Shown here: piece by piece, positions 23,799-32,517 of the stretch | Position numbering within the stretch: the first letter of the stretch is position 1 | How the letters are laid out: the number at the start of each line of letters is the position of its first letter | Origin: Candidatus Alcium sp. F082 | Lineage (GTDB): Bacteria > Bacteroidota > Bacteroidia > Bacteroidales > F082 | Reading direction: 5' to 3' | DNA: 64,000 bases | Assembly (NCBI GenBank): GCA_001543395.1 | Contig: LPNG01000001.1 | Span: 87,760 to 151,759 of the forward strand | Translations under genes and position numbers: made by a program | The notes under the pieces: model-generated | Told to the model about the DNA's origin: nothing | The model's input: only the letters and a program-made list of their open reading frames with translations | The model's database searches: none

Positions 23799-25439
23799 TC
23801 AGAACTTCACGAACTTCGCAACTGCCGTCGTGCCGTTGGCATAGCGGAAGTTGACGAAGTAAACGCCGTTTTCGAGCTCGCTCACGTTGAGTTGAGCCTC
23901 GCCGGCAGTGGCATTCATCTCACGCACCATGCGGCCCGTCATGTCGAAGACGCTGACTTGGGCGTCGCTGTCAAGTGTGAAGGAAACCTGGGCACTGGCG
24001 GGGTTGGGATAGACACCAACCGTCGTGGCAGCGTTCTCGTTGACTGCGGTCAGATGTTGACCCGTCACTTTCACATAGTCGATCTCCCATGAAGCGGCAG
24101 CTTCGTCACTGCTGGTATAGATGAAAGCGATGTAGAAGCTGTGATTGCCAACGATGTCAGACACATCTAAGGCACCTGACTCAACCCATTCGTAGTTACC
24201 TGTCGAATAGTCGAAGGCGTCGGTGATGTCTTCCCATTCGAAATCGCTTGGTTCGCTGATGCCGTCATAGTCGGTGGAGATGGCCACACGCAGCGGGTCG
24301 CCTTCAAACTTCATGGCGTTGCGGAATTCAACCCAAATCTCGTCAAAACCGAGGCCATTCGGGATCTCAGCATAGCCAATCAGCCAGTCTTCGTTCTGAT
24401 GAGCAGCGCCATCGGCATAACCATTCATATTGGCATAGGTCGTGCCTTGATGAGTGCCTTGATGCCAGGTTTGATCGCCATAGGCATCGAAGGTGAAGAA
24501 CACGCCAAGACCATCATCAAAATCTTCATAGAGCAGAACGTAGACCTCTTCAGTAGTGGCCTCTGCGGTTGGATAGGTGCCATCGGTCTTGTAGTCGATG
24601 TTGGAACCACTGTTGGTGTAGGGGAAGATAGCGAAGTGATAGGTAGTGTTGGGTTCTAAGCCTTCGAAAACGACGCCATTGATGCCATAAGGCACATTCT
24701 TGGCGAGGTCGCTATCGGGAACAGGTGTTCCGTCGACAGGAACGGTGATATTGCCCGTGGAGGCCAAAACCAAATACTTGGAAGGCAATTGAGCTCCGGT
24801 GGCATCCTGCCACACGACGTAGACATCAACGCCATCAGGCGCAGCCGTGAATTGGGTCGGATAGTTGCTCGGCTCGGGATCGGGCTGGGCAGCGCCACCG
24901 GCCTTGAAGAAGTAAACGGTAGCGGCCACATTCGACGACTCCTTATAGCAGCCGAACAAAGTGGAAGTGATGTTGTAGCGCATGTAGCACTGCTCCACAC
25001 CACCGTTGCTGACAGGCACCATACCGCCTTCATCACCATCGGTGATGGTCCAGCGACCGTTGTCGTTCAGATCGGTTTGCGTGCGGAGGTAGTTGCCACC
25101 GCCAGGGGCATAGAGATAACCGTTGTTGAGCGGATCGTAAATGGTCCAGGCACCGGGAGCACCGTCAAGGGTGAACTCGAAAGGAAGGTCCTGTTGCGAG
25201 GGGTCAGTGGCCACGGTAGCCGTGATGACACCGCCATTCTCGTCGATAGTGAGTGCATGACGGTTATTGGATTTCTGGTAGCTCATGACAAAGGCTTGGC
25301 CTTCGTTGTCGTAGCCCACCAGGATGTACTGGCCAGGCTCAAGTTGCGCGGCCGAGTTGACCATGGTGTAGGTCGTTTGGGCAAAGCCGCTCACCGAAAG
25401 GAGCAGCAGTGCCAATAATGAGAATAGAACTTTTTTCAT
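23799..25439 (-). CDS. T9SS-sorted surface protein, 546 aa
   Basis: Signal peptide MKKVLFSLLALLLLSVSGFAQ. The C-terminal ~75 aa (VGVYPNPASAQVSFTL...GVYFVNFRYANGTTAVAKFVKF) has the form of a T9SS type A sorting domain. Confidence 0.75.
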   Translation of the reverse strand: MKKVLFSLLALLLLSVSGFAQTTYTMVNSAAQLEPGQYILVGYDNEGQAFVMSYQKSNNRHALTIDENGGVITATVATDPSQQDLPFEFTLDGAPGAWTIYDPLNNGYLYAPGGGNYLRTQTDLNDNGRWTITDGDEGGMVPVSNGGVEQCYMRYNITSTLFGCYKESSNVAATVYFFKAGGAAQPDPEPSNYPTQFTAAPDGVDVYVVWQDATGAQLPSKYLVLASTGNITVPVDGTPVPDSDLAKNVPYGINGVVFEGLEPNTTYHFAIFPYTNSGSNIDYKTDGTYPTAEATTEEVYVLLYEDFDDGLGVFFTFDAYGDQTWHQGTHQGTTYANMNGYADGAAHQNEDWLIGYAEIPNGLGFDEIWVEFRNAMKFEGDPLRVAISTDYDGISEPSDFEWEDITDAFDYSTGNYEWVESGALDVSDIVGNHSFYIAFIYTSSDEAAASWEIDYVKVTGQHLTAVNENAATTVGVYPNPASAQVSFTLDSDAQVSVFDMTGRMVREMNATAGEAQLNVSELENGVYFVNFRYANGTTAVAKFVKF

Positions 25440-25468
25440 CTTAGAGTGATTTTATGTTTGACATTGAT

Positions 25469-25726
25469 TTATAGATCCAAAGTTTCCGCCTGTTCCACCG
25501 CCTTGATCTCGGGGATGACTTTCTTCATCACGGATTCGATACCGTTTTTGAGGGTCATCTTGCTGTGAGGGCAATTGCCGCAGGCACCCGTGAGCTGCAC
25601 CAGAACGACCATATCGTCGGTGAGTTCCACGAAGTTGACGTCGCCGCCGTCCTGCTGGAGGTAGGGACGCACTTGTTCGAGGACGTTCTTGACTTTGCGT
25701 AATATCGTTTCTCTTTCCATTTCCAT
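25469..25726 (-). CDS. NifU-like Fe-S cluster assembly domain protein
   Basis: VRPYLQQDGGDVNFVELTDDMVVLVQLTGACGNCPHS: NifU C-terminal domain with CxxC. Confidence 0.85.
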   Translation of the reverse strand: MEMERETILRKVKNVLEQVRPYLQQDGGDVNFVELTDDMVVLVQLTGACGNCPHSKMTLKNGIESVMKKVIPEIKAVEQAETLDL

Positions 25727-25765
25727 CAGTTGTTCAGTTGGAAGTTGTTCAGTTGTTCAGTTAGG
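25727..25765. repeat. AGTT-type tandem repeat, 39 nt, identical to 61963..62001
   Basis: cagttgttcagttggaagttgttcagttgttcagttagg, checked base by base against the second copy. It spans the whole mrp-nifU spacer and the mrp stop codon. Confidence 0.85.
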
Positions 25766-26780
25766 CATTGATAATGGTTTGCGCAATCTGGTCGAAGGCC
25801 TTGGTGACGGGTGAGTCAGCGTCCAAAGCGAGCGGCATACCGGCATCACCGCACTCGGCGATCTTCTCCGTAATCGGGATCTGACCCAAGAGCGGCACAC
25901 CCAGTTGGTCAGCAAATTCCTTGCCAGTCTCCTTGCCGAAGATATAGTATTTCTTCTCAGGCATGTCGGAAGGCGTGAAGTAGGCCATGTTCTCCACCAG
26001 ACCGTAAATCGGGATCTGCAAGGCTTCTTCCTTGAACATCATGGCGGCGCGAAGCACATCGGCGAAGGCCACCTTCTGAGGCGTCGTCACGATGAGGGCG
26101 CCCGACACGTTGTATTGCTGGGCCAACGTCAGCTGGATGTCGCCTGTCCCAGGAGGCATGTCAACGACCATCCAGTCCAACTCGCCCCAAAGGGTGTCAT
26201 TCATCAGCTGGTTCAAAGCGCTGGTAGCCATAGGTCCACGCCAGATGAGCGGACGGTTGGCGTCGACAAAGCAACCTATACTCATCAACTTGATGCCAAA
26301 TCTTTCAAGAGGCAGCATCACGGTCTTGCCGTCTTTCTCGAATGCAGCTGGCTGTTCGTTGCCAAGGCCAAACATCATCGGGACGGAAGGACCATAGATG
26401 TCGGCATCGATCAAACCCACACGCTGGTTGGCGCGTGCCAAGGCGATGGCCAGGTTAGCAGCCACCGTCGACTTGCCGACACCACCCTTGCCCGAAGCCA
26501 CAGCAATGATATGCTTCACCTTCGAGAGGGCTGTCTTCTCCTCCACTACCTTGATTTCGATGTCGACATCCTCGCCAAACACCTCGGTCAGCGTGCGCTT
26601 GGCACCATTCACAAGGATGTCGTTCTTCGGGTCGTTGGCGTGTTCCATAACAAGGTCGAAGCGGATGGCATTGTCTCTAACCATCAGGTTCTCAACCATA
26701 TTCAATGCGATGATATTATCCCCTTTAGGGAAATAGATGACGTCCTTCAGGACTTCCTGTACGTTTTCTTTATTAAGCAT
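25761..26780 (-). CDS. mrp: Mrp/NBP35 (ApbC) family Fe-S cluster carrier ATPase
   Basis: IAVASGKGGVGKSTVAANLA deviant Walker A and VVDMPPGTGD; N-terminal MIP18-like domain. Confidence 0.9.
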   Translation of the reverse strand: MLNKENVQEVLKDVIYFPKGDNIIALNMVENLMVRDNAIRFDLVMEHANDPKNDILVNGAKRTLTEVFGEDVDIEIKVVEEKTALSKVKHIIAVASGKGGVGKSTVAANLAIALARANQRVGLIDADIYGPSVPMMFGLGNEQPAAFEKDGKTVMLPLERFGIKLMSIGCFVDANRPLIWRGPMATSALNQLMNDTLWGELDWMVVDMPPGTGDIQLTLAQQYNVSGALIVTTPQKVAFADVLRAAMMFKEEALQIPIYGLVENMAYFTPSDMPEKKYYIFGKETGKEFADQLGVPLLGQIPITEKIAECGDAGMPLALDADSPVTKAFDQIAQTIINA

Positions 26781-26811
26781 GGCGTTTCTAAAATGATTCT
26801 AAATTACCCTG

Positions 26812-26819
26812 CAAAGGTA
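26812..26819 (-). promoter_or_regulatory. Candidate -7 box TACCTTTG
   Basis: About 32 nt upstream of the mrp ATG at 26780. Confidence 0.45.
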
Positions 26820-26826
26820 AGAAATA

Positions 26827-26858
26827 GTTTAGAGTTTAGAGTTGAGAGTTGAGAGTTT
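26827..26858. repeat. AGTT-type heptamer tandem repeat (agtttag agtttag agttgag agttgag agttttt)
   Basis: Read directly, between the C10 peptidase stop and the mrp promoter. Confidence 0.75.
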
Positions 26859-26864
26859 TTTTGA

Positions 26865-29402
26865 TTAATGCTTTAGGGTGATGCGTTTGGAGATGATGCC
26901 TTGCTCGGTCTTGATGCGAAGCATGTAGAGTCCTTCGGACGCATGCTGCAGGTCAACGGTGGTTTGATTACCATCGACTTCTTTCTGCAAGACACACTGC
27001 CCCAGAGTGTTGTAGACTGACACCGCCGTCATGCCTTCGGCTTCAACGGTAATAAGGCTCTTGGTCGGGTTAGGATAGACCTTCACTTGCGCCTCATTCT
27101 CATCCATGCCTGTGGGCGAATAATACACATGCAACTCGAAGACGTTGTCGTAATAATGCCGGTTAGCGGGTGCCGAGGTGCAATCCAAAGCACCGTAATA
27201 CGCATAAAGACGGTAGTAATAATGGCCTTCTTGATTCGCGGAATTGTCGGTGAAAGAAACCGCTGAAGCATTAAGCGACTTGATACGATGGTATTCGCCA
27301 TCGCCTTCCTTACGGAAGAGATAATAGCCCGATAGACCATCGTTCAGCTGTGGCGTCTCCCACATCAGTTTAACCTTGAAATTACTTGTTAATTCATAGT
27401 CCAGGTTACGGGGCGGATAGCAGGGTCCTGCCGTGGCACACGACTCGTTGGAGCGTTCACCGCTATCGCCGCCTTCGCAAAGCACAGCCACCTGATAGCA
27501 ATGTCCACCCATGGGCGCGTTTTCGTCAAGACAGGTCGTACCCTCTTGGACAAGACGATACAGTAAGCCGTCGCGATAGATGTTATAACCATAACCAGGA
27601 TCCTGGACGGCATCCCAAGTGAGCAAGATGGCGTCGTCATGGGCCGTGGCAACGAGATTCTGCGGGACTCCGCAAACCATTTCGTTTCCGCAATTGTTGT
27701 TGGTCTCGAAGAAGACGCCCGAAGGCAAGTCATCAGAAGACCCTGAGAAGGAATACACCGTCTGCCCGGTGGCATCCTTGATGACGAAAGCCATCTGGCT
27801 GACCGTTTCTTCAGGGGCAGTCCAGCCAAAGCTCACATGACCAAGCGGCAATTCAGGCTGGACCTGTACGCCAGCCGAGGTGTTGGTCGTCATACTCACT
27901 ATTTCGCGGCCTGTGGCTGAATACGCCGAAACGGCACCACCCTTCCAGCCTTGATAGCTGGTGGTGGTCATGATAACCTGCCATGTGCAGGAAGGACCCA
28001 CCAAAACTTTCATGACATTGGCGTGTTTCCCAACACGACCATTGGCAACGGCATACACGGCATAGTGGAATACATCGTAACGCGGCACACCGGCGTCTTC
28101 AAACTCAAGCGTAGCACCGGGGACTACATCGGTAAGGGTGGCGATGACTTCGTTGTCGCGCGTCACCACAACCTGTTCGATGGTCTCCAAGGTCGTGCCG
28201 TCAAGGGTGGTAGTAGGATTGGTCCAGTTGAGGCGCACCTTGAGGTCGGTGTCGCTGACAGGAACCGCCGTGAAATCAGTCGGCTCCGAAGGCGTCTGGT
28301 TATAGACCTCAGCAGGGACAAAATTGAACATGGCATCGGCGGGACTGGTGTAAGGAGCGTCATCGATGAGATACCAGCCGTCGGAGCCGCCGCCCCAACC
28401 TAGGTTGAAGTGGAACATATCGAAATCATCGTAGCCGTCGCACACGAAGGCATGGCAGCCACCGTCTTGGCAGCCACCGTAATACATAGGCCATCCCATG
28501 TCGAACTGTTCGCGCACCATGGCCTTCCAGGTCTCCGTCTCGAAGTCGTTGCGACGGAGCTGGACGATGGCATCGCAGTAGTTGAAATAGGTATGCATCA
28601 CACCAGGGATGGGACCCGATGCGCCTCCGCTGCCATCAGGTCCATAGCCCATGTCGATGGTGACACCACAATGGAAACACAGTGTACCCGTGGCCAGCAT
28701 TTCGGCTTCCGATGAATTGTTGTTCAGCACATTAGGCATGTTGTCCCAATCGTAGGTAGTGTTGCCGAAGTCGGCACAGATTTGGCCATAATCCTCATGG
28801 TAATAGCAATGGCTACCGATACCTTGGGCAGGATAGGCCCAGAAGCGCATCAGCTGCGACATAGCAGTGGCAAGGCAACCCACGATGGCATGACCGCCTG
28901 AGCCGGCAGGATCTTCGGGACAACAATAGTTATAGGGATAGGTTTGGTTCCATTGGGTTTGGCAGAAGTAACCCGTACCACGACCACCATGACGTGAAAC
29001 GAGCCGACCATGCTCAAGTACCGAAGCCCATTCGGCAGCCACATCGGGAGTGGCCACGGCATTGCGCAATAGCGATATACACTCGGCCACGCCATCCAGA
29101 TAATATGCCAACGCGGGCGGGATGTTTGCTGCATCGAAAGCCGACTGGTCGGAATATCCGATGACAGGACGATGCGCGTCGTCGCCAGCAATGATGACGA
29201 AATTATGTTCGCCGATGTTATAGACATAAAACGCATCGTTCTGACCCGTGTAGACGAGTTCGGGCAGGGCGCGTTCCATTGCAAACTGTGTCGAGGCAAA
29301 TTTTTGGGCGGCAGTCAAGGCTAGGCTGCTGTCGATGGGCTTGGCCTGAAGTGCCATTATGCTGAAAACCAGCATGAAAACTGATAATAAAAGCTTTTTC
29401 AT
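26865..29402 (-). CDS. C10-family (streptopain/SpeB-like) cysteine peptidase with T9SS C-terminal sorting domain, 845 aa
   Basis: Signal peptide; inhibitor-like propeptide; QTQWNQTYPYNYCCP...HAIVGCLATAMSQLMRFW (catalytic Cys context of C10); Ig/FN3-like middle region; C-terminal VKVYPNPTKSLITVEAEG...GLYMLRIKTEQGIISKRITLKH. Confidence 0.8.
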   Translation of the reverse strand: MKKLLLSVFMLVFSIMALQAKPIDSSLALTAAQKFASTQFAMERALPELVYTGQNDAFYVYNIGEHNFVIIAGDDAHRPVIGYSDQSAFDAANIPPALAYYLDGVAECISLLRNAVATPDVAAEWASVLEHGRLVSRHGGRGTGYFCQTQWNQTYPYNYCCPEDPAGSGGHAIVGCLATAMSQLMRFWAYPAQGIGSHCYYHEDYGQICADFGNTTYDWDNMPNVLNNNSSEAEMLATGTLCFHCGVTIDMGYGPDGSGGASGPIPGVMHTYFNYCDAIVQLRRNDFETETWKAMVREQFDMGWPMYYGGCQDGGCHAFVCDGYDDFDMFHFNLGWGGGSDGWYLIDDAPYTSPADAMFNFVPAEVYNQTPSEPTDFTAVPVSDTDLKVRLNWTNPTTTLDGTTLETIEQVVVTRDNEVIATLTDVVPGATLEFEDAGVPRYDVFHYAVYAVANGRVGKHANVMKVLVGPSCTWQVIMTTTSYQGWKGGAVSAYSATGREIVSMTTNTSAGVQVQPELPLGHVSFGWTAPEETVSQMAFVIKDATGQTVYSFSGSSDDLPSGVFFETNNNCGNEMVCGVPQNLVATAHDDAILLTWDAVQDPGYGYNIYRDGLLYRLVQEGTTCLDENAPMGGHCYQVAVLCEGGDSGERSNESCATAGPCYPPRNLDYELTSNFKVKLMWETPQLNDGLSGYYLFRKEGDGEYHRIKSLNASAVSFTDNSANQEGHYYYRLYAYYGALDCTSAPANRHYYDNVFELHVYYSPTGMDENEAQVKVYPNPTKSLITVEAEGMTAVSVYNTLGQCVLQKEVDGNQTTVDLQHASEGLYMLRIKTEQGIISKRITLKH

Positions 29403-29451
29403 TTTACAGACAATTGTTCTAATTAACTACGTTGATTCTACGAATTGCCTG

Positions 29452-29459
29452 CAAATGTA
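29452..29459 (-). promoter_or_regulatory. Candidate -7 box TACATTTG
   Basis: 50 nt upstream of the ATG at 29402. Confidence 0.4.
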
Positions 29460-29462
29460 GTA

Positions 29463-30143
29463 TTATTTTCTTAAAAAATCCGCCACCACCTTATTAAATG
29501 CGTCAGGGTTTTTGTTGGCCACAAAATGGTCGCCTTCGAGGATGGCTAGTTGGGCATTAGGCAAACTCTTGTAGATAAGCCGTGTGTGCGATTCCTTAAT
29601 CATGTCCTTGTTGCCTGCAACGACCAAAACAGGCATCGTCAGGCTGGCCAATTCAGAAGGCTCAATATGTGGCTCGTTGACCATCAGGCCGAGCATTTCG
29701 GCATTCTGTTTGGCTTTTTCGGATTTCTTGGCTAACAGCCTTGCGATGCGGTAGCCAAATTCGATGGGCCATTGATACAGCGGCTTCACACCCGAAGGAA
29801 ACAGGTTGGCACCATCCACAATCATTTTATCGACCCTTTCCGGGTACTTCAATGCAAAGGTCAAGGCGATGTTGCCACCGTCGGAGAAGCCGAGTAGTAT
29901 AGCTTTTTCTATGCCTTTTTCGTCCATGAAATCGTGCAAGTCCTCTGCAAATTGTTTGATGGTGAAAGGCTTTTCGCCACGAGGAGACTTACCATGACCT
30001 CGCGTATCGATGGCAATGACGCGGTAATCCCCAGCGAAAAAAGGGATCTGATGCTCAAAGTAGTCGTTGCTTTCACCGTTGCCATGGAGCAAGATGAGCG
30101 GTTGGCCTTGGCCTTGTTCGATATAGTTTAGTTTGATATCCAT
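29463..30143 (-). CDS. Alpha/beta hydrolase
   Basis: PLILLHGNGES (oxyanion region) and GFSDGGN (nucleophile elbow GxSxG). Confidence 0.8.
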   Translation of the reverse strand: MDIKLNYIEQGQGQPLILLHGNGESNDYFEHQIPFFAGDYRVIAIDTRGHGKSPRGEKPFTIKQFAEDLHDFMDEKGIEKAILLGFSDGGNIALTFALKYPERVDKMIVDGANLFPSGVKPLYQWPIEFGYRIARLLAKKSEKAKQNAEMLGLMVNEPHIEPSELASLTMPVLVVAGNKDMIKESHTRLIYKSLPNAQLAILEGDHFVANKNPDAFNKVVADFLRK

Positions 30144-30159
30144 AGGTTTTTGTCTTATT

Positions 30160-30287
30160 GAGTTTCCCCTTCGGGGAATGGAGATGCATGTGTTTTGTTA
30201 ACCGCGGCAAGCAACGTCTACGACTCGTAAGCTTTAAAAGCCGCCGCTGGCAACTATATGCCCCAGCTCCATTCCCGAAGGGAATCT
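30160..30287. repeat. Nested-palindrome intergenic element (MITE/REP-like), copy 1
   Basis: Terminal hairpins tttccccttcggggaatggag / ctccattcccgaagggaatct, inverted with respect to each other, and an inner gcggc...gccgccgc stem. Confidence 0.75.
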
Positions 30288-30289
30288 AT

Positions 30290-31054
30290 TCACATATACT
30301 TTTTCCTTTCTTCATCCGTAAACTTCTCAATGGCATACCTCAGCATGGTGCGCGGCATTGTTGCATGACGTGGCGCTAGCCATTCTTTCAGCCTTTGCTC
30401 ATCGCGTTTTCCCGCCTCACGTAGCAGCCATCCGACGGCCTTCTGCAGGAGGTCGTGCAAGGGTTTCGGCTTGGCCAAAAAGAGTTCAGCAATGGCATAG
30501 GTGTCGTCCAACTCGCCATGACGGATGAATTGCATAGTACTCACCATACCGATGCGTTGCTCCCAAATCGTCTTTCCGTCGCGGGCTAGGTCGTAGAGCA
30601 AGGATCGGTCTTTGTCCAGGAGCCAGGTGCCAAGTAGTTCGTAACAGGAGAGGTCGACCAAATCCCAATTATTGATGTATTGGGTATGGGAAAGGTAAAA
30701 GTCAATGCATTGCTGTTGGAGATTCCGGGTCAAGCCCGGAATGACTGACAAGCCCGGAATGACTGAAGAGGAGGGCGAGACTCGCTTGCCTGCATGCTTG
30801 AAGATCTGCACCAAAGTCAGTAAAGCTGCCAAACGGATTTCGTGATACTCAGATTGGATGCACGCCTCCAAGTCGTCGAAAGAGGTCTCCTTCCAGCACT
30901 GTTTCACCACCTCACGAGTGACAGGCACTTTGACACCAAGGAATTTATCCCCCTCGCCATATTGTCCCTTACCCGTCTTGAAGAAACGCGACAGGTTGAC
31001 GGCTTGCTCGGCATCTTGTCGGGCGAGGATTTCGTTAAACAGCCTGCAATTCAT
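30290..31054 (-). CDS. DNA alkylation repair protein (AlkD/HEAT-repeat family)
   Basis: FFKTGKGQYGEGDKFLGVKVP and the overall HEAT-like helical pattern. Contains an in-frame palindrome/duplication insert (see 30720..30766). Confidence 0.75.
   Translation of the reverse strand: MNCRLFNEILARQDAEQAVNLSRFFKTGKGQYGEGDKFLGVKVPVTREVVKQCWKETSFDDLEACIQSEYHEIRLAALLTLVQIFKHAGKRVSPSSSVIPGLSVIPGLTRNLQQQCIDFYLSHTQYINNWDLVDLSCYELLGTWLLDKDRSLLYDLARDGKTIWEQRIGMVSTMQFIRHGELDDTYAIAELFLAKPKPLHDLLQKAVGWLLREAGKRDEQRLKEWLAPRHATMPRTMLRYAIEKFTDEERKKYM
30720..30766. repeat. In-frame REP-like hairpin (gagattccgggtcaagcccggaatgac) plus perfect 18-bp tandem duplication
   Basis: caagcccggaatgactga at 30731-30748 and again at 30749-30766. 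Encodes ...SSSVIPGLSVIPGLTRNL... within the AlkD-like ORF. Confidence 0.85.
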
Positions 31055-32165
31055 GTTTTTGCTTCTTAATACCTAACACGCACCATCTGACAAACGGAAT
31101 ACGGCATATGATCTCATAAATCACTGGCGACAAAACCATGACGGCCAAGAAAAGGATAACATACATCATCCAAGGGGCCAACGAGGTGTAGTATTTCATC
31201 ATATAGCCCAAAGAGGCAATCACCAGATAATGAACGATATAGATACCGTAACTCGAACGAGTCATATAACCTGCGAAAGCTCCAGTACGGTTGAAACGCG
31301 CCTTAAACCAACCCATCATGGCAAGACACATCAGCCAGCCATAAAGGCAGTTAAGCGGGCTCCCCAGATACTGAGGCGAAGTATTATCCTGACCGAAGGT
31401 AGAAATAATTAGGACCGCGCCAGCAACGACGGCACAAGCCAACAACGGAATCCAAGCCTTCTCGAGTTTCGCGTGCACCTCGTCGTGCGAGAACACGAAA
31501 TAACCCAACAGGAAGGGAACCAGATAGAACAGAGGCTTATACAAGTTCAAGAGGCCATCCAACGATTCGGGACGGGGATTCTTGATGAGCGTCTGCTCAC
31601 CAACCCAAAACAGCACACCCAGCAGGATGATGACAACAAGGTTGGCCTTTCCGCACCAGTTCCAGAATCTGTCTTTCCTGTCTATCGCACGCACCAAAAG
31701 CAACACAAGGCAAAGCAACCACAACACCTGGATGAACCACAAGGGTCCTGTGCCGCTTATGGCCATCATGAAATACTTTGCTATTGCGGGCACGCCATCA
31801 AACACGCCTTGCCTTGAGGCAACAACGGTATTGAAATAACCCACCATCCAATGGAACACAAAGAGGCCTATCGTGCCTGGCACCAATAGTTTGCGCGTAC
31901 GCGACTTAAACCACTCCTTACCTGATTGCTTTTGCAGTGCATATCGGGAGCTGGCACCGGCCAGTAAAAACAATAGCGGCATGAACCAGGGATAGAGGAT
32001 ATACATGACGACATCCTGATACTGCTTATACTGAGGGTATTCGCCAAAGCCACCGACACCACCGAAGACACCTTTGTTGTTGTAGAAATAAAAAACGTGG
32101 TAAAACAGCACCAAGAGCACCGTCACCCAACGTAGGTTATCCATCCAATGCTTGCGTTCCATCAC
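31035..32165 (-). CDS. Acyltransferase family 3 integral membrane protein
   Basis: MDNLRWVTVLLVLFYHVFY start and about 10 hydrophobic segments, typical of acyltransferase_3. Confidence 0.8.
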   Translation of the reverse strand: MMERKHWMDNLRWVTVLLVLFYHVFYFYNNKGVFGGVGGFGEYPQYKQYQDVVMYILYPWFMPLLFLLAGASSRYALQKQSGKEWFKSRTRKLLVPGTIGLFVFHWMVGYFNTVVASRQGVFDGVPAIAKYFMMAISGTGPLWFIQVLWLLCLVLLLVRAIDRKDRFWNWCGKANLVVIILLGVLFWVGEQTLIKNPRPESLDGLLNLYKPLFYLVPFLLGYFVFSHDEVHAKLEKAWIPLLACAVVAGAVLIISTFGQDNTSPQYLGSPLNCLYGWLMCLAMMGWFKARFNRTGAFAGYMTRSSYGIYIVHYLVIASLGYMMKYYTSLAPWMMYVILFLAVMVLSPVIYEIICRIPFVRWCVLGIKKQKHELQAV

Positions 32166-32368
32166 TTGCCCTCCCCTAACACTTCATCAATTTTGTCCTG
32201 AAATATCTCCGTCTTCAAAATGGCCATGCCTTTTGAGTCGCCCAGCACCAACAGGCTGTCGCCAGCCTTGATGCCATAAAGTTCGCGGGCGTCTTTCGGA
32301 ATGACGATCTGTCCCCTGTCGCCCACTTTTACTACACCGAAAATGTATTTTCCTTGTTCTGCTATCAT
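32162..32368 (-). CDS. AbrB/MazE/SpoVT-type DNA-binding domain protein
   Basis: VVKVGDRGQIVIPKDARELYGIKAGDSLLVLGD is a swapped-hairpin barrel motif. The start is moved to the ATG at 32368 because a -7 box overlaps the track start. Confidence 0.75.
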   Translation of the reverse strand: MIAEQGKYIFGVVKVGDRGQIVIPKDARELYGIKAGDSLLVLGDSKGMAILKTEIFQDKIDEVLGEGK

Positions 32369-32404
32369 GATAGTTTGATTTGTATGATTTTTCATATTTT
32401 GCAG

Positions 32405-32412
32405 CAAAAGTA
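32405..32412 (-). promoter_or_regulatory. Candidate -7 box TACTTTTG
   Basis: 37 nt upstream of the ATG at 32368. Confidence 0.45.
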
Positions 32413-32476
32413 GGAAAAGTTTTCATTACTTGTATCATTTCAAGCCAAAAAAAGCGCATTTTTTGATGGTTTTTTC

Positions 32477-32484
32477 TATTTTTG
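32477..32484 (+). promoter_or_regulatory. Candidate -7 box TATTTTTG
   Basis: 34 nt upstream of the ATG at 32518. Confidence 0.45.
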
Positions 32485-32517
32485 CACTCAAATCGAAGTC
32501 AAATAATCATATTTAAA

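Noticed and set aside
25905-26852. 315-aa plus-strand ORF
   Set aside because: It lies antisense to mrp/apbC.
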